32,565 nt of DNA from Promethearchaeota archaeon (GTDB lineage Archaea > Asgardarchaeota > Lokiarchaeia > Sigyniarchaeales > SOKP01), in NCBI GenBank assembly GCA_048940645.1, contig JBHLOI010000036.1, positions 1 to 32,565 of the forward strand. Direction: 5' to 3'. A program made the translations under genes and the position numbers. Positions within the stretch are counted from its first letter, which is position 1; each line of letters opens with the position of its first letter. The notes under the pieces are model-generated. The model did not search any database and was not told where the DNA came from. It saw nothing but the letters and a program-made list of their open reading frames with translations. Shown one piece after another: positions 1 to 9,207 of the stretch.

Positions 1-998
1 GAAGTTATAGAAATTATTATCGCATCCTCAACAGCAGAAATTCCTTTTATGAAACTTTTATCTGTATATCCTGAAATAGTTGTATAATCTATTTTCTCTA
101 AAGGCTTATCAAAATTCCTAATTTCTAATGGAATTTTTTTTTTTTCAATAGCTTCTAAACATTTAGGATGTAAGACTTTTGCTCCAAAATTCGCGATATG
201 TTTTGCTTCTTCATAATCTAAATTTCGAATTAGGGAGGCTTTTGGGATATAATTAGGATCAATTGATAATAACCCATCAACATCCTTCCATAGTATTACT
301 TTAATATCCTTATCACTTCCCATTTCGTAAATAGAATGAGCTAATATTGTAGCTGTATAATCAGAACCTCCTCTTCCTAAAGTTGTGGTGTATCCTATCT
401 TATTTCTTCCAATAAATCCAGTTACACATACAATGGTATTCTTTTTAGGATTCTCCAAAAGTGGGATTAATAATCGCCCTACTCTAGCGTTGGTTAAATT
501 ATAAAGAGGGTAAGCATTATTAAATTCATCATTAGTTATTAATAGTTTAGTTGCTGGAATAAAAATAGATTCAAAACCTCTACTCATAAGAAATTGATTT
601 AAAATATAAGTTGATACCATTTCACCAAAACTTAGGATATAATCCTTATAGTATGGTTCTAGACCAAATTCTTCAATATCAGCAAAAACATCCTCAAGAT
701 CGCTTAACTTTCTGTCTAACCAATCTTTAGTTTTATTAAATTCTTCAGAATCTTCTTTGAATATTTTCTCCATAATGTCAAAATGTTTTTTTTCAAAAAT
801 AGCCATAGTCTTATCCAATTCTTTTTCATTATCAATATCCTGAGTCATTTTTAGGAGAAGATCTGTGGCTCCTCGAAGTGCTGATACAACGTACACTTTT
901 TTTACGTTTTCATATATTTTCGTTACTTCGAAGATTTTTTTAAAGGCATTTTTATCAATCAGACAACTGCCTCCAAATTTCATAATAATTATTGTCAT
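1..998 (-). CDS. lysC: Aspartate kinase (C-terminus runs off the window edge; absent from the supplied ORF track)
   Basis: Manual translation from ATG at 998 gives MTIIIMKFGGSCL...VVSALRGATDLL...TTTLGRGGSDYTA...WKDVDGLLSIDP...GAKSLHP, all aspartokinase signatures. A GGTG RBS-like motif lies just upstream. Confidence 0.95.
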   Translation of the reverse strand, partial: MTIIIMKFGGSCLIDKNAFKKIFEVTKIYENVKKVYVVSALRGATDLLLKMTQDIDNEKELDKTMAIFEKKHFDIMEKIFKEDSEEFNKTKDWLDRKLSDLEDVFADIEEFGLEPYYKDYILSFGEMVSTYILNQFLMSRGFESIFIPATKLLITNDEFNNAYPLYNLTNARVGRLLIPLLENPKKNTIVCVTGFIGRNKIGYTTTLGRGGSDYTATILAHSIYEMGSDKDIKVILWKDVDGLLSIDPNYIPKASLIRNLDYEEAKHIANFGAKVLHPKCLEAIEKKKIPLEIRNFDKPLEKIDYTTISGYTDKSFIKGISAVEDAIIISIT

Positions 999-1146
999 AA
1001 CTTACACCACTGATAAAAAATTTTCCTTAAAACTATTTATATCTATTCGTTATTTAAAGTAATACAATGAAGAAATTTCAAGACAAGAATTAAAGTGAAG
1101 AAGTAAATTAGTCTTAAAAATTTTTAGCAATTAAAACTCTTAAAAA

Positions 1147-3150
1147 TTAATTAAATTTTTTTATTAATTCTTCTAATTCATGAATTTGGCTATTAATATT
1201 TTTCTCAATTTCTCTTAATTTATTTTTCTTATTCTCAAGCTCTTTCGCTGTAATTTCTCCCGTTAATTCTTTCATATCAAATTCTAATGACATTTTTGAA
1301 ATATTTGCCTTCTTAATTTTTAAATCCATCAGGGATTTTTCTAAATCTCCCTTCTGTTGAATGTTTAATGTAGTGATAGGTTCGATTTGTTCACTTTTTT
1401 GTTGTGGGGTTATACTAGGTGTATCAGGAACTGGTTTTTTAGGAGGGGTTACAGGCTTTTTTTCTAGTTTAACTAATTTTGTTGGAACGACAGGTACAGG
1501 AGTTTTTGGTTGAATCTCCAGTGGTTTCTGAGGAACAGGAGTTAGTTTTAATTTTGGTGGCATTACTTGTTTTATTGATTTTGGTTTGATTAATTTAGTT
1601 GGAGCAATAGCCTTGGGTTCCTTTTTTACTTGTTGATTTTCAACTTGAGCATATGGAGATATTGTTAACTTTTTCCTTGCATCCTTGGGAACTGTTGTTA
1701 TAGTTTTAGGTCTTTCTTTTACCATAAAATCCTCTGGATTTAGATTTAAACCCACCTTTAAAGGGGTTGATTCAGGTTTTTGAAGGCTTTCTGGTTTAGC
1801 TATGGGTTCTTTTGGTGGAGGAGGAGGGGGAATAGCTTTTTTTTCTGGAGTTTCAGGAATACTCTCTTCTTCGATTATTTTAACAGGTTCCTTTTGCACT
1901 TTTGGTTTTATGAGCTCTGCTGATTTTTCTGGAACTTTTGGTTTTTCAGATGCTATTGGTTCCTCTGGAATTTTTCGTAGATCAGGAGGTGGCGGAGGCT
2001 TTTCAAACGGTTTAGGCTCTGTAGCGACTTTTTCTGTTGAAATTAGAACTTCTTCTGGTTTAGCTTTTTGAGGTTCGGTAATTGCTGGAGAGGTTGGTTG
2101 TGGAGGTGAAACTTGCTGAAGCATGTTTTTAATTTTTTGGGATTTTTCGAAAAATTCTCTTCCTAATGAATCATCACCTAATTCAATACATAAATCACTA
2201 ATTTTCTCAAAAATATTTGCTGCTTTTTCAAACTCAGCATTTTCTAATGCTTTTGTGGCTTCTTCTATATGAGTATCTCTTTTCAATAAAGGTTGCAATA
2301 AAGGTGATACTTCAGCACTCATTTCTAAAATATCTGCAATAATGGTTATCATTTTATCTCTGTTAACAGGATCTTTAGCAATCATTGAATAAGTTTTTAA
2401 ACCTAAAATTTTTTCAATTTGATCAGGCTTCATTGCAGTCTTCAGATCTTGTTTATTTCCTATTATAGCGGTATGAGCATGGGGTGCTTGTTCTTTTATT
2501 AGTTCTAAGAAAAATTTACTTTTTTCTACATTTTCTAAACTAGAATCTGTAATTAAAAGGGCAGCATCGCTACCTTTGATAAAATTATTCCAAAGATAAC
2601 TAAATTGCTCTTGACCTGCAAAATCCCAGAGGTGAAAATGTAATTTTCCAATCTTAATTGTAGCAATATCACCAGTAATTGTTGGAATATGCTGCATAGG
2701 AATTTCTTCTGCTTTTATAAGCCTTGTTATTGTTGTTTTACCAACTCCAGAAAATCCTACCAACGATATTTTTGGTCTTAAATTTTTATGAATTGCATCT
2801 ATGGTAGGATCAAAAACTTCAAAGGTTTTATCATCATATCTGTGTTTTATAATATCTTCAAATAAATTTAAAAACTCTTTTTTACATTTTATTAATTCTT
2901 TTTTAATATTATCAAAATTATCAGTTAATCCTGTGACAAACAAAAAAATTACTTGTAATTTTGTTTCGGTTATATAGGAAATTCTATATTTATAATAATC
3001 ATGATAGTTAACTTTATCTATACTTTTAATAAAAGCATCTTTCATCAAGTCAACAACTAATGCATTAAATACTTCTGTTTTTAGAGCTTTCCCAAAATGT
3101 CTATAATAGATCAAATCACTGCCCTTATAGATGTATACTTGTCTTAGAAT
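1147..3150 (-). CDS. Multidomain small GTPase: longin-like N-terminus, Arf/Rab-like GTPase, TPR-like helices, long Pro-rich linker, C-terminal coiled coil
   Basis: G1 GFSGVGKT, G2 PTI, G3 WDFAGQ, G4 NKQD. The ORF track starts at TTG 3114, but the frame stays open to ATT 3150 (ILRQVYIYKGSD), 6 nt after GGTGA. The longin call is from the secondary-structure-like residue pattern only. Confidence 0.85.
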   Translation of the reverse strand: MLRQVYIYKGSDLIYYRHFGKALKTEVFNALVVDLMKDAFIKSIDKVNYHDYYKYRISYITETKLQVIFLFVTGLTDNFDNIKKELIKCKKEFLNLFEDIIKHRYDDKTFEVFDPTIDAIHKNLRPKISLVGFSGVGKTTITRLIKAEEIPMQHIPTITGDIATIKIGKLHFHLWDFAGQEQFSYLWNNFIKGSDAALLITDSSLENVEKSKFFLELIKEQAPHAHTAIIGNKQDLKTAMKPDQIEKILGLKTYSMIAKDPVNRDKMITIIADILEMSAEVSPLLQPLLKRDTHIEEATKALENAEFEKAANIFEKISDLCIELGDDSLGREFFEKSQKIKNMLQQVSPPQPTSPAITEPQKAKPEEVLISTEKVATEPKPFEKPPPPPDLRKIPEEPIASEKPKVPEKSAELIKPKVQKEPVKIIEEESIPETPEKKAIPPPPPPKEPIAKPESLQKPESTPLKVGLNLNPEDFMVKERPKTITTVPKDARKKLTISPYAQVENQQVKKEPKAIAPTKLIKPKSIKQVMPPKLKLTPVPQKPLEIQPKTPVPVVPTKLVKLEKKPVTPPKKPVPDTPSITPQQKSEQIEPITTLNIQQKGDLEKSLMDLKIKKANISKMSLEFDMKELTGEITAKELENKKNKLREIEKNINSQIHELEELIKKFN

Positions 3151-3156
3151 CGTGAC

Positions 3157-3161
3157 TCACC
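3157..3161 (-). promoter_or_regulatory. GGTGA Shine-Dalgarno-like site of the GTPase gene
   Basis: Minus strand reads GGTGA-GTCACG-ATT-CTA-AGA-CAA. Confidence 0.6.
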
Positions 3162-3188
3162 ATAAAATTATTTATAAGAACTCCAATT

Positions 3189-3680
3189 TTAACTTGAAAT
3201 AAATTTAACAAGATCTTTTATAATTGAATATTTTTTCTCTTTAAATTTTTCATGTTTAATAGTATCTTCAATTTTTTTAATCTCTTTTGAAAAGTCAATA
3301 ACTGAAAACTCATTTATCTCCTGCTTTTTAGTAGATTCACTTAATTTTTTTAAAAACACACTAATACTTGGCATAAGTTTTGCTAAATTAACATCTAAAT
3401 CCAATTTTGAAATTAAAATTAACTCTTCATTGAAGGTAAATAAATAATTATAATCTTGAGCTTCTAAAGCAAAAGAATTTATTTTTTTTAAATTCAAATC
3501 TTTAGCAATATCTTGAGAATTAGCTATAAGTGATAGAATTTTTTGGGGTATCACTTTTCCTTTAGAAAATTCTTTAATTGCCGTTCCAAGTATTATACCA
3601 TATCGATTTGCTATTGCACATTCTGAATTTAATTCTGTTTTTAATTGTGAGATTATATCATCGTAATCAATTTGTCTCAT
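3189..3680 (-). CDS. Roadblock/LC7 (profilin-like fold) domain protein with C-terminal helical extension
   Basis: An N-terminal helix, then CAIANRYGIILG, a beta-rich middle (FALEAQDYNYLFTF, LILISK) and a closing helix. Lies directly upstream of and co-oriented with the GTPase. Confidence 0.6.
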   Translation of the reverse strand: MRQIDYDDIISQLKTELNSECAIANRYGIILGTAIKEFSKGKVIPQKILSLIANSQDIAKDLNLKKINSFALEAQDYNYLFTFNEELILISKLDLDVNLAKLMPSISVFLKKLSESTKKQEINEFSVIDFSKEIKKIEDTIKHEKFKEKKYSIIKDLVKFISS

Positions 3681-3788
3681 GATTCAATTATGTCCGTTTT
3701 GAATAAATAATAATCTATAATTTATTTATATTTATTTGAATTATAATCTTAAGATTTGAGATTAAATTAAATTTATTAGAAAATAAAA

Positions 3789-4574
3789 GTGAAAATATAT
3801 AAATTTCATTTCATAGAAAAAGAGTCAGATATCACTATTATTTCAGAATCGAAAAATGCTATTTTAAGAGCAAAAAATGAATTTCATCTTCATAGAAGAA
3901 TTCTGGAAAGATATATAATTAAGCATAAAGTATTTCTTACTTCATTTTCACCAGTTAAAGTTCAAACTGATTATGATATAATCAATCTAATGGCTGAAGT
4001 AGCGCTTCTATGTGATGTTGGTCCGATGGCTACTGTGGCAGGAGCTTTTGCAGATTTGATGCTTAAAATAATGAAATCTAAAAATGATGATTTTGATGAT
4101 GCAAAAATCGCATTGATAGAAAATGGCGGAGAAATAGCCAACGATTCTGAACGAACAATGAAAATTGCCCTTTTTGCCGGAAATAATGAATTAAGTCTGA
4201 ATATTGGATTTTTAATTGAAAAGAAAGACTGTCCCATTGGTATTGCGACTAGTTCAGCAACAATAGGACATGCAATTAGCCTTGGCCAAGCAGATGCAGT
4301 AACCATTTTTGCTGAAAATGCTACAATAGCTGATGGTGCTGCAACAAAAATTGGAAATATTGTAAAAGGAGAAGATATTGAGAAATCTATTAAAAGTGGA
4401 TTAGATCTCGTTGACGATTTAGAAGTTATTAGAGGTGTTTTTATTTCTCGTAAAGATAAAATAGGAATGAGCGGATATATTCCTCAAATGATTAAGATAG
4501 AAGGCACAAATGAATTAATACTAAAGAATAAAATTGAATATTACCTTCCAGGTAATTTTGAGATTTTTAAATAA
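3789..4574 (+). CDS. UPF0280 family protein (ApbE-like superfamily)
   Basis: Motifs VGPMATVAG, IENGGEIA, SSATIGHAISLGQADAV, ADGAAT. Confidence 0.85.
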   Translation: MKIYKFHFIEKESDITIISESKNAILRAKNEFHLHRRILERYIIKHKVFLTSFSPVKVQTDYDIINLMAEVALLCDVGPMATVAGAFADLMLKIMKSKNDDFDDAKIALIENGGEIANDSERTMKIALFAGNNELSLNIGFLIEKKDCPIGIATSSATIGHAISLGQADAVTIFAENATIADGAATKIGNIVKGEDIEKSIKSGLDLVDDLEVIRGVFISRKDKIGMSGYIPQMIKIEGTNELILKNKIEYYLPGNFEIFK

Positions 4575-6846
4575 CCCAATAATAAGGAAAGTCTATACCA
4601 TTTTCACTTTTAGAGGAGCAAATCCTATTCATGTAATCCATATTATAATATTCTTCGATTTCTTCTTCAGTTAATCTTTCGAAAACATCAAATCCGGTAA
4701 ATGCCATATAATTATCATCTAATATTAGATAAATATCTGTATTTAGATACTCCTTCATTTGTTGTAACTTATTCGTACCATTTGGGTAGAAATGGTCTTC
4801 TGGTTTAAAATAACCTTTTGGTGCTTGTTTGAAATTAATAAGATCAGATAGTAAAATACTTCTATTATGTTCTTCATAAGGATATTCAAAATACATAACT
4901 ACATAGGGAATTCCAAATTCACAAATTATAAAATTTACATCAGAAGTGTAGCTTGAATACCATTGAAGGGAATATACTTCGCGTCTATGTAGACTATATT
5001 CTTTATCGTCGATATCAAAAAGTTGATTTGAAAATTGGGCAAAAAAATTAAAAATGACTACACTTAAAATAAAAATTTTGATTTTAATCATAGTGATTGA
5101 CTTTAATTTAATTAATTTATATATGTAAGATATAAAACCAAAAATTAAAACGGGGGAGATTAATAATAATATTCTTCCGGACCAAAATTGATGCAGAACA
5201 AACACATCTAGGGAAAAAGCAGTTAAATATATTATTATCATACCTAATAACCATAATAATAATGATTTACCTCTTGCATTTTTTTGGAATAAAATTAACC
5301 CCCATGTTCCGAAAAATATCATAATGAAAAATTCAAATGCAATTAATAATCTTGAAAAATATAAATCAAGAAAATTATAATTGACAATTAAAGCTGAAAT
5401 AAGAAATATTGCACCGAATGATAAAAATATTGGAAATATTAATTTATCTTCTATTTTTTTATAATATCCATATTTCTGGCCCGAAATAACTAATTTAAAT
5501 CTATTTTTTTCAAATTTAATTCCGCTTCGTAATTTTAAAACTATTAGAAATGCAATGATAACCCCTATAACTAAAAAATACCAAGGCAAACCTAAAATAT
5601 CCACAATAACCCAATGAGCACTTATTCCACTAATATTAAATAAAGTGAAAAACGCTCCAAGACAGATACATAAGATTATAAAATCTATTCCTCGCTTATA
5701 ACTTCGAGCAAAATAAATTAGAAAAATGAAGGTAAATGATACCAAATATATTGTTGCTATAAGAGAGTGAGTAAATAAGGCACTAATATAGATTAAAATA
5801 ATAAAAATGTATGTGAAAGTCAAATTTGAGAATATTTCTTTCTTCGTAGGAGGTTCTTCTTTGACAAAATTTTCTAATCTAACATAAAGTAAAAAGAAAA
5901 TGTATAAAGATTGAATAGATGCTAAAGATGTTGGCCAAAATTGATACATTGTATTGCTAAAACCCAAAGAAGTAAATTCTACTAAAAAAACTCCTAAAAT
6001 GGCTAAGTTACGGTTTTTAAAGATTCGCTTCAAAATATTAAAAATTAAAAGCCCTGAAACTAAAAATGTATAAAAAGAGAAATATTGTGCTAAAAGTAAA
6101 TGATCTATTCCGGTAAAAAAATGAATTAATGCTGCAAATAAATGTAAACCTAAAGCACCAAAATATTGATCAACTGGCAAATAATTAAGATTATTTATCA
6201 CTTTAGCCATAAAGATATGATACATAGCATCAGTACCATAAAAATAGCTAAATCTTACACCATTCAGTATTGGCATCAATATTAAAAAGATTACTATTAA
6301 TAATCCAGATAAAGGGATTCTTCTTTTAAAATAATTTAAAATAGAAAAACTCTCGTAAAATGACTGTTTATTAGCATTAAATTCTTCAACTTTTAAGAAA
6401 AGAGAAATTTTAGTCCTCTCTTCATAAATAACGATATATATTAACAATGAAAAATAAATAATTAAGGTTAAAAGAAAGAAGAAATATCCTGTAATAGGAA
6501 TTTCAAAAAAATTTCCGACATAAGCAGATAAGATATAAAGAGTTAAATTTGCAACTATAGTTAAACTCATTTTTTCTAAAAAATTGAAATTCTTATTTCT
6601 AAATATTATAAAAAATAAAGGATAAAAAGGTAAAAATATAACAATAAAAGCTGTGCTAAGTAAACATATTAGTGTAAAGAAAAATTGGCAGATATACATA
6701 TTATTTATCTCAAAAATGACCGATAACCCAATTAGATTTAAAAAAATTACTATGAAAGATAATAGAGATAAAATGAATATGCTAATTTGTTTTCTAATAT
6801 AAATGAATAAAATTATTTTGTTTAAAATAACCTTTAATATACTCAT
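4567..6846 (-). CDS. Polytopic membrane protein, probable GT-C-fold glycosyltransferase
   Basis: Many hydrophobic segments, a GTDAMYH (DxxxH) loop after the first TM bundle, and a soluble C-terminal domain with NRS and NGT sequons. No WWDYG motif. Confidence 0.55.
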   Translation of the reverse strand: MSILKVILNKIILFIYIRKQISIFILSLLSFIVIFLNLIGLSVIFEINNMYICQFFFTLICLLSTAFIVIFLPFYPLFFIIFRNKNFNFLEKMSLTIVANLTLYILSAYVGNFFEIPITGYFFFLLTLIIYFSLLIYIVIYEERTKISLFLKVEEFNANKQSFYESFSILNYFKRRIPLSGLLIVIFLILMPILNGVRFSYFYGTDAMYHIFMAKVINNLNYLPVDQYFGALGLHLFAALIHFFTGIDHLLLAQYFSFYTFLVSGLLIFNILKRIFKNRNLAILGVFLVEFTSLGFSNTMYQFWPTSLASIQSLYIFFLLYVRLENFVKEEPPTKKEIFSNLTFTYIFIILIYISALFTHSLIATIYLVSFTFIFLIYFARSYKRGIDFIILCICLGAFFTLFNISGISAHWVIVDILGLPWYFLVIGVIIAFLIVLKLRSGIKFEKNRFKLVISGQKYGYYKKIEDKLIFPIFLSFGAIFLISALIVNYNFLDLYFSRLLIAFEFFIMIFFGTWGLILFQKNARGKSLLLWLLGMIIIYLTAFSLDVFVLHQFWSGRILLLISPVLIFGFISYIYKLIKLKSITMIKIKIFILSVVIFNFFAQFSNQLFDIDDKEYSLHRREVYSLQWYSSYTSDVNFIICEFGIPYVVMYFEYPYEEHNRSILLSDLINFKQAPKGYFKPEDHFYPNGTNKLQQMKEYLNTDIYLILDDNYMAFTGFDVFERLTEEEIEEYYNMDYMNRICSSKSENGIDFPYYWVI

Positions 6847-6951
6847 AGGATCAATTCAATCATAGTTGATTTAAATTTGATAAATATTTTAATAAATTAA
6901 AATTAATGATTAGTAAATAAATCTAATCGTAAATCATAATGACTGTTTTTT

Positions 6952-7935
6952 ATGCTGAGTAAAAGTAAAATTCTTATCACTGGGGCAGCAGGCTTTATTG
7001 GATCACATTTAACTGAAGTTTTACTAAAAAATGATAACTATTTGATACTCATAGATAATTTTAACGATTATTATAAAGGAAAAGAAGAAAGATTAAGAGG
7101 AATAATTAAAAACTATAAAAGTGAAGAAAATTATAGCCTAATAAAAGGAGACCTTTTAGATACTTCAATTTATAAACAAATTGATAAAGATATAGATTAT
7201 ATTTTTCACTTAGCAGCTCAAGCAGGCGTAAGATATTCTATTAATAATCCAATTGAAGTTATCAACAATAATGTAATTAGCACAATTAAAATATATGAAT
7301 TTGCTTTAAAAATAGAAAAGCTTAAAAAATTGATATATGCTTCATCATCATCAGTATATGGAAATCCTATTTATACACCTTGTGATGAGGAACATCAAAA
7401 AAATCCGATATCACCCTATGCTTTAACAAAGTTAACAGGAGAGATATATGCAGATTATTATTATCGTGAATATGGAATACCAATTACGTGTTTAAGGTTT
7501 TATACGGTATATGGTCCAAGAGGAAGGCCGGATATGGCTATATATAAATTCTACAATTTAATATTCCTAAATAAAGAAATAAGTATATATGGAGATGGTG
7601 AACAACTTAGAGATTTTACTTATATATCTGATATCATTGAAGGGCTTATATTAGCGGGAGAAAAAAATGAATCTAAAGGGGAGATCTTCAATTTAGGTTA
7701 CTCAAATCCGATAAGTGTAAATAATTTAGTTGATAAAATGTATAAAATAACAAATAAAACTAAGAAGGTTAAATATATACAAAAACAAAAAGGAGATGTT
7801 AATATTACTCACTCAGATATAAATAAGGCTATAAGGATCTTGGGTTTTAGACCAAATGTAGATATTGATAAGGGTTTAATGTTACAATACCAATGGCAAC
7901 AGGCTTTTTTTATTAGTTCAAAGAATCACATATAA
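6952..7935 (+). CDS. NAD-dependent epimerase, UDP-glucuronate 4-epimerase-like
   Basis: TGAAGFIG, HLAAQAGVRYS, SSSSVYG, YALTK (YxxxK), LRFYTVYGPRGRPDMA. Confidence 0.85.
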   Translation: MLSKSKILITGAAGFIGSHLTEVLLKNDNYLILIDNFNDYYKGKEERLRGIIKNYKSEENYSLIKGDLLDTSIYKQIDKDIDYIFHLAAQAGVRYSINNPIEVINNNVISTIKIYEFALKIEKLKKLIYASSSSVYGNPIYTPCDEEHQKNPISPYALTKLTGEIYADYYYREYGIPITCLRFYTVYGPRGRPDMAIYKFYNLIFLNKEISIYGDGEQLRDFTYISDIIEGLILAGEKNESKGEIFNLGYSNPISVNNLVDKMYKITNKTKKVKYIQKQKGDVNITHSDINKAIRILGFRPNVDIDKGLMLQYQWQQAFFISSKNHI

Positions 7936-8096
7936 TAAATTTAAATATCCAATTTTAAAGATAATACTTAAGAAAAAATTCTGCAATTTTTAATAATCAA
8001 TTCTATATTTAAAATAAAGATAATTTTATATTCATGTGTGTCATATTAAAGCCTAGATAATAAATAAAATGACCCATATTAAAAAGGGCTTATTTC

Positions 8097-9059
8097 TTGA
8101 ATATTAGAAGTTTAAAGGGAAGCAAGAGTATACAAAAACCCTTTCAAAAACCTACAATTGTAAACGTATTCCAAGAATTGTATAAATACATTGAAAAGCT
8201 TAAAAAATATGAAGATGACGTAATAATTTCCATAGTTATACCTTTATATAATGAAGAAAGGACTATTAGGAAAGTTCTAGATTGTCTTCCCAACCATAAT
8301 TCAATTGAAATTATCGTAGTTAATGATCATTCTAATGATAATAGTTTACACCAAATTGAAATAGTTCAATCCTACAGAAATATCAAAGTAATAAACCATA
8401 AAATCAATAGGGGATATGGAGCAGCAATAATGACGGGAATTAAGCAAGCTAAGGGAAGAGTTATTGTTTCCATGGACTCTGATGGACAGCATAGCCCTGA
8501 TGACCTTTTCACATTGGTAAAACCAATTTTGGATGATAGGGCAGATTATACAATTGGATCCAGATATCTCGGAACATATTTTTATCAATTACCTTTATCG
8601 ACGCGATTAGGAGAATTATTTGTTGAAAAATTAATTCGAATCTTTTTTGGAAAAAAGATTATGAATAACCAAAATGGCTTTCGAGCGTTTAACAGAAAAA
8701 TTTTACCAATATTTGATGATCTTAAATATTATGGGTACGCATTTTGTACGGAACAAATTCTTAAAACTTCATTAGAAGGATATAAGATTAAAGAATGCCC
8801 AATTAAAGTGTATGATCGGAAATATGGAACTTCTCATATTATTTTATCAAAACTAGCTATAAACATTGTCACCTTGTTTTTTAATTATATTATTAAGAAA
8901 ATTAGAATAACTGTTATAAAGCGAGACAAATCTGGAACATTAAAAATTTATGAAAAATCCCTCAAGAGAAAAAAAGAATTACTTCATTTAAAATTCAAAA
9001 AAGAATACACTTATTTGAATTCAATTGTTTTTATTGAACGAGGATATGCAATTGCTTAG
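8097..9059 (+). CDS. GT2 glycosyltransferase, DPM1/polyprenol-phosphate sugar synthase-like (paralog 1)
   Basis: IVIPLYNEE, VNDHSND, NRGYGAA, MDSDGQH, IGSRY, NNQNGFRA. Confidence 0.88.
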   Translation: MNIRSLKGSKSIQKPFQKPTIVNVFQELYKYIEKLKKYEDDVIISIVIPLYNEERTIRKVLDCLPNHNSIEIIVVNDHSNDNSLHQIEIVQSYRNIKVINHKINRGYGAAIMTGIKQAKGRVIVSMDSDGQHSPDDLFTLVKPILDDRADYTIGSRYLGTYFYQLPLSTRLGELFVEKLIRIFFGKKIMNNQNGFRAFNRKILPIFDDLKYYGYAFCTEQILKTSLEGYKIKECPIKVYDRKYGTSHIILSKLAINIVTLFFNYIIKKIRITVIKRDKSGTLKIYEKSLKRKKELLHLKFKKEYTYLNSIVFIERGYAIA

Positions 9060-9207
9060 TAAGATTTATAATCTGAGGCTTTCCTCTAAAATTGTTAAAT
9101 TTTAACTATTTTTAGCTATTTAATTAAATTTTTATTAAATTGCCATTTATATTATTATAATACTTAACTTTTCAATAGAATTGGAATTTTAGATTTAAGG
9201 TTTTAAT

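Noticed and set aside
865-1062. 65-aa plus-strand ORF
   Set aside because: Antisense shadow of the aspartokinase N-terminus.
1802-2071. Gly/Ser-rich 89-aa ORF resembling a glycine-rich peptide or RiPP precursor
   Set aside because: It is the reverse complement of the Pro codons in the GTPase linker.
4567-6846. Oligosaccharyltransferase AglB/STT3
   Set aside because: No WWDYG motif, and the soluble domain is small.
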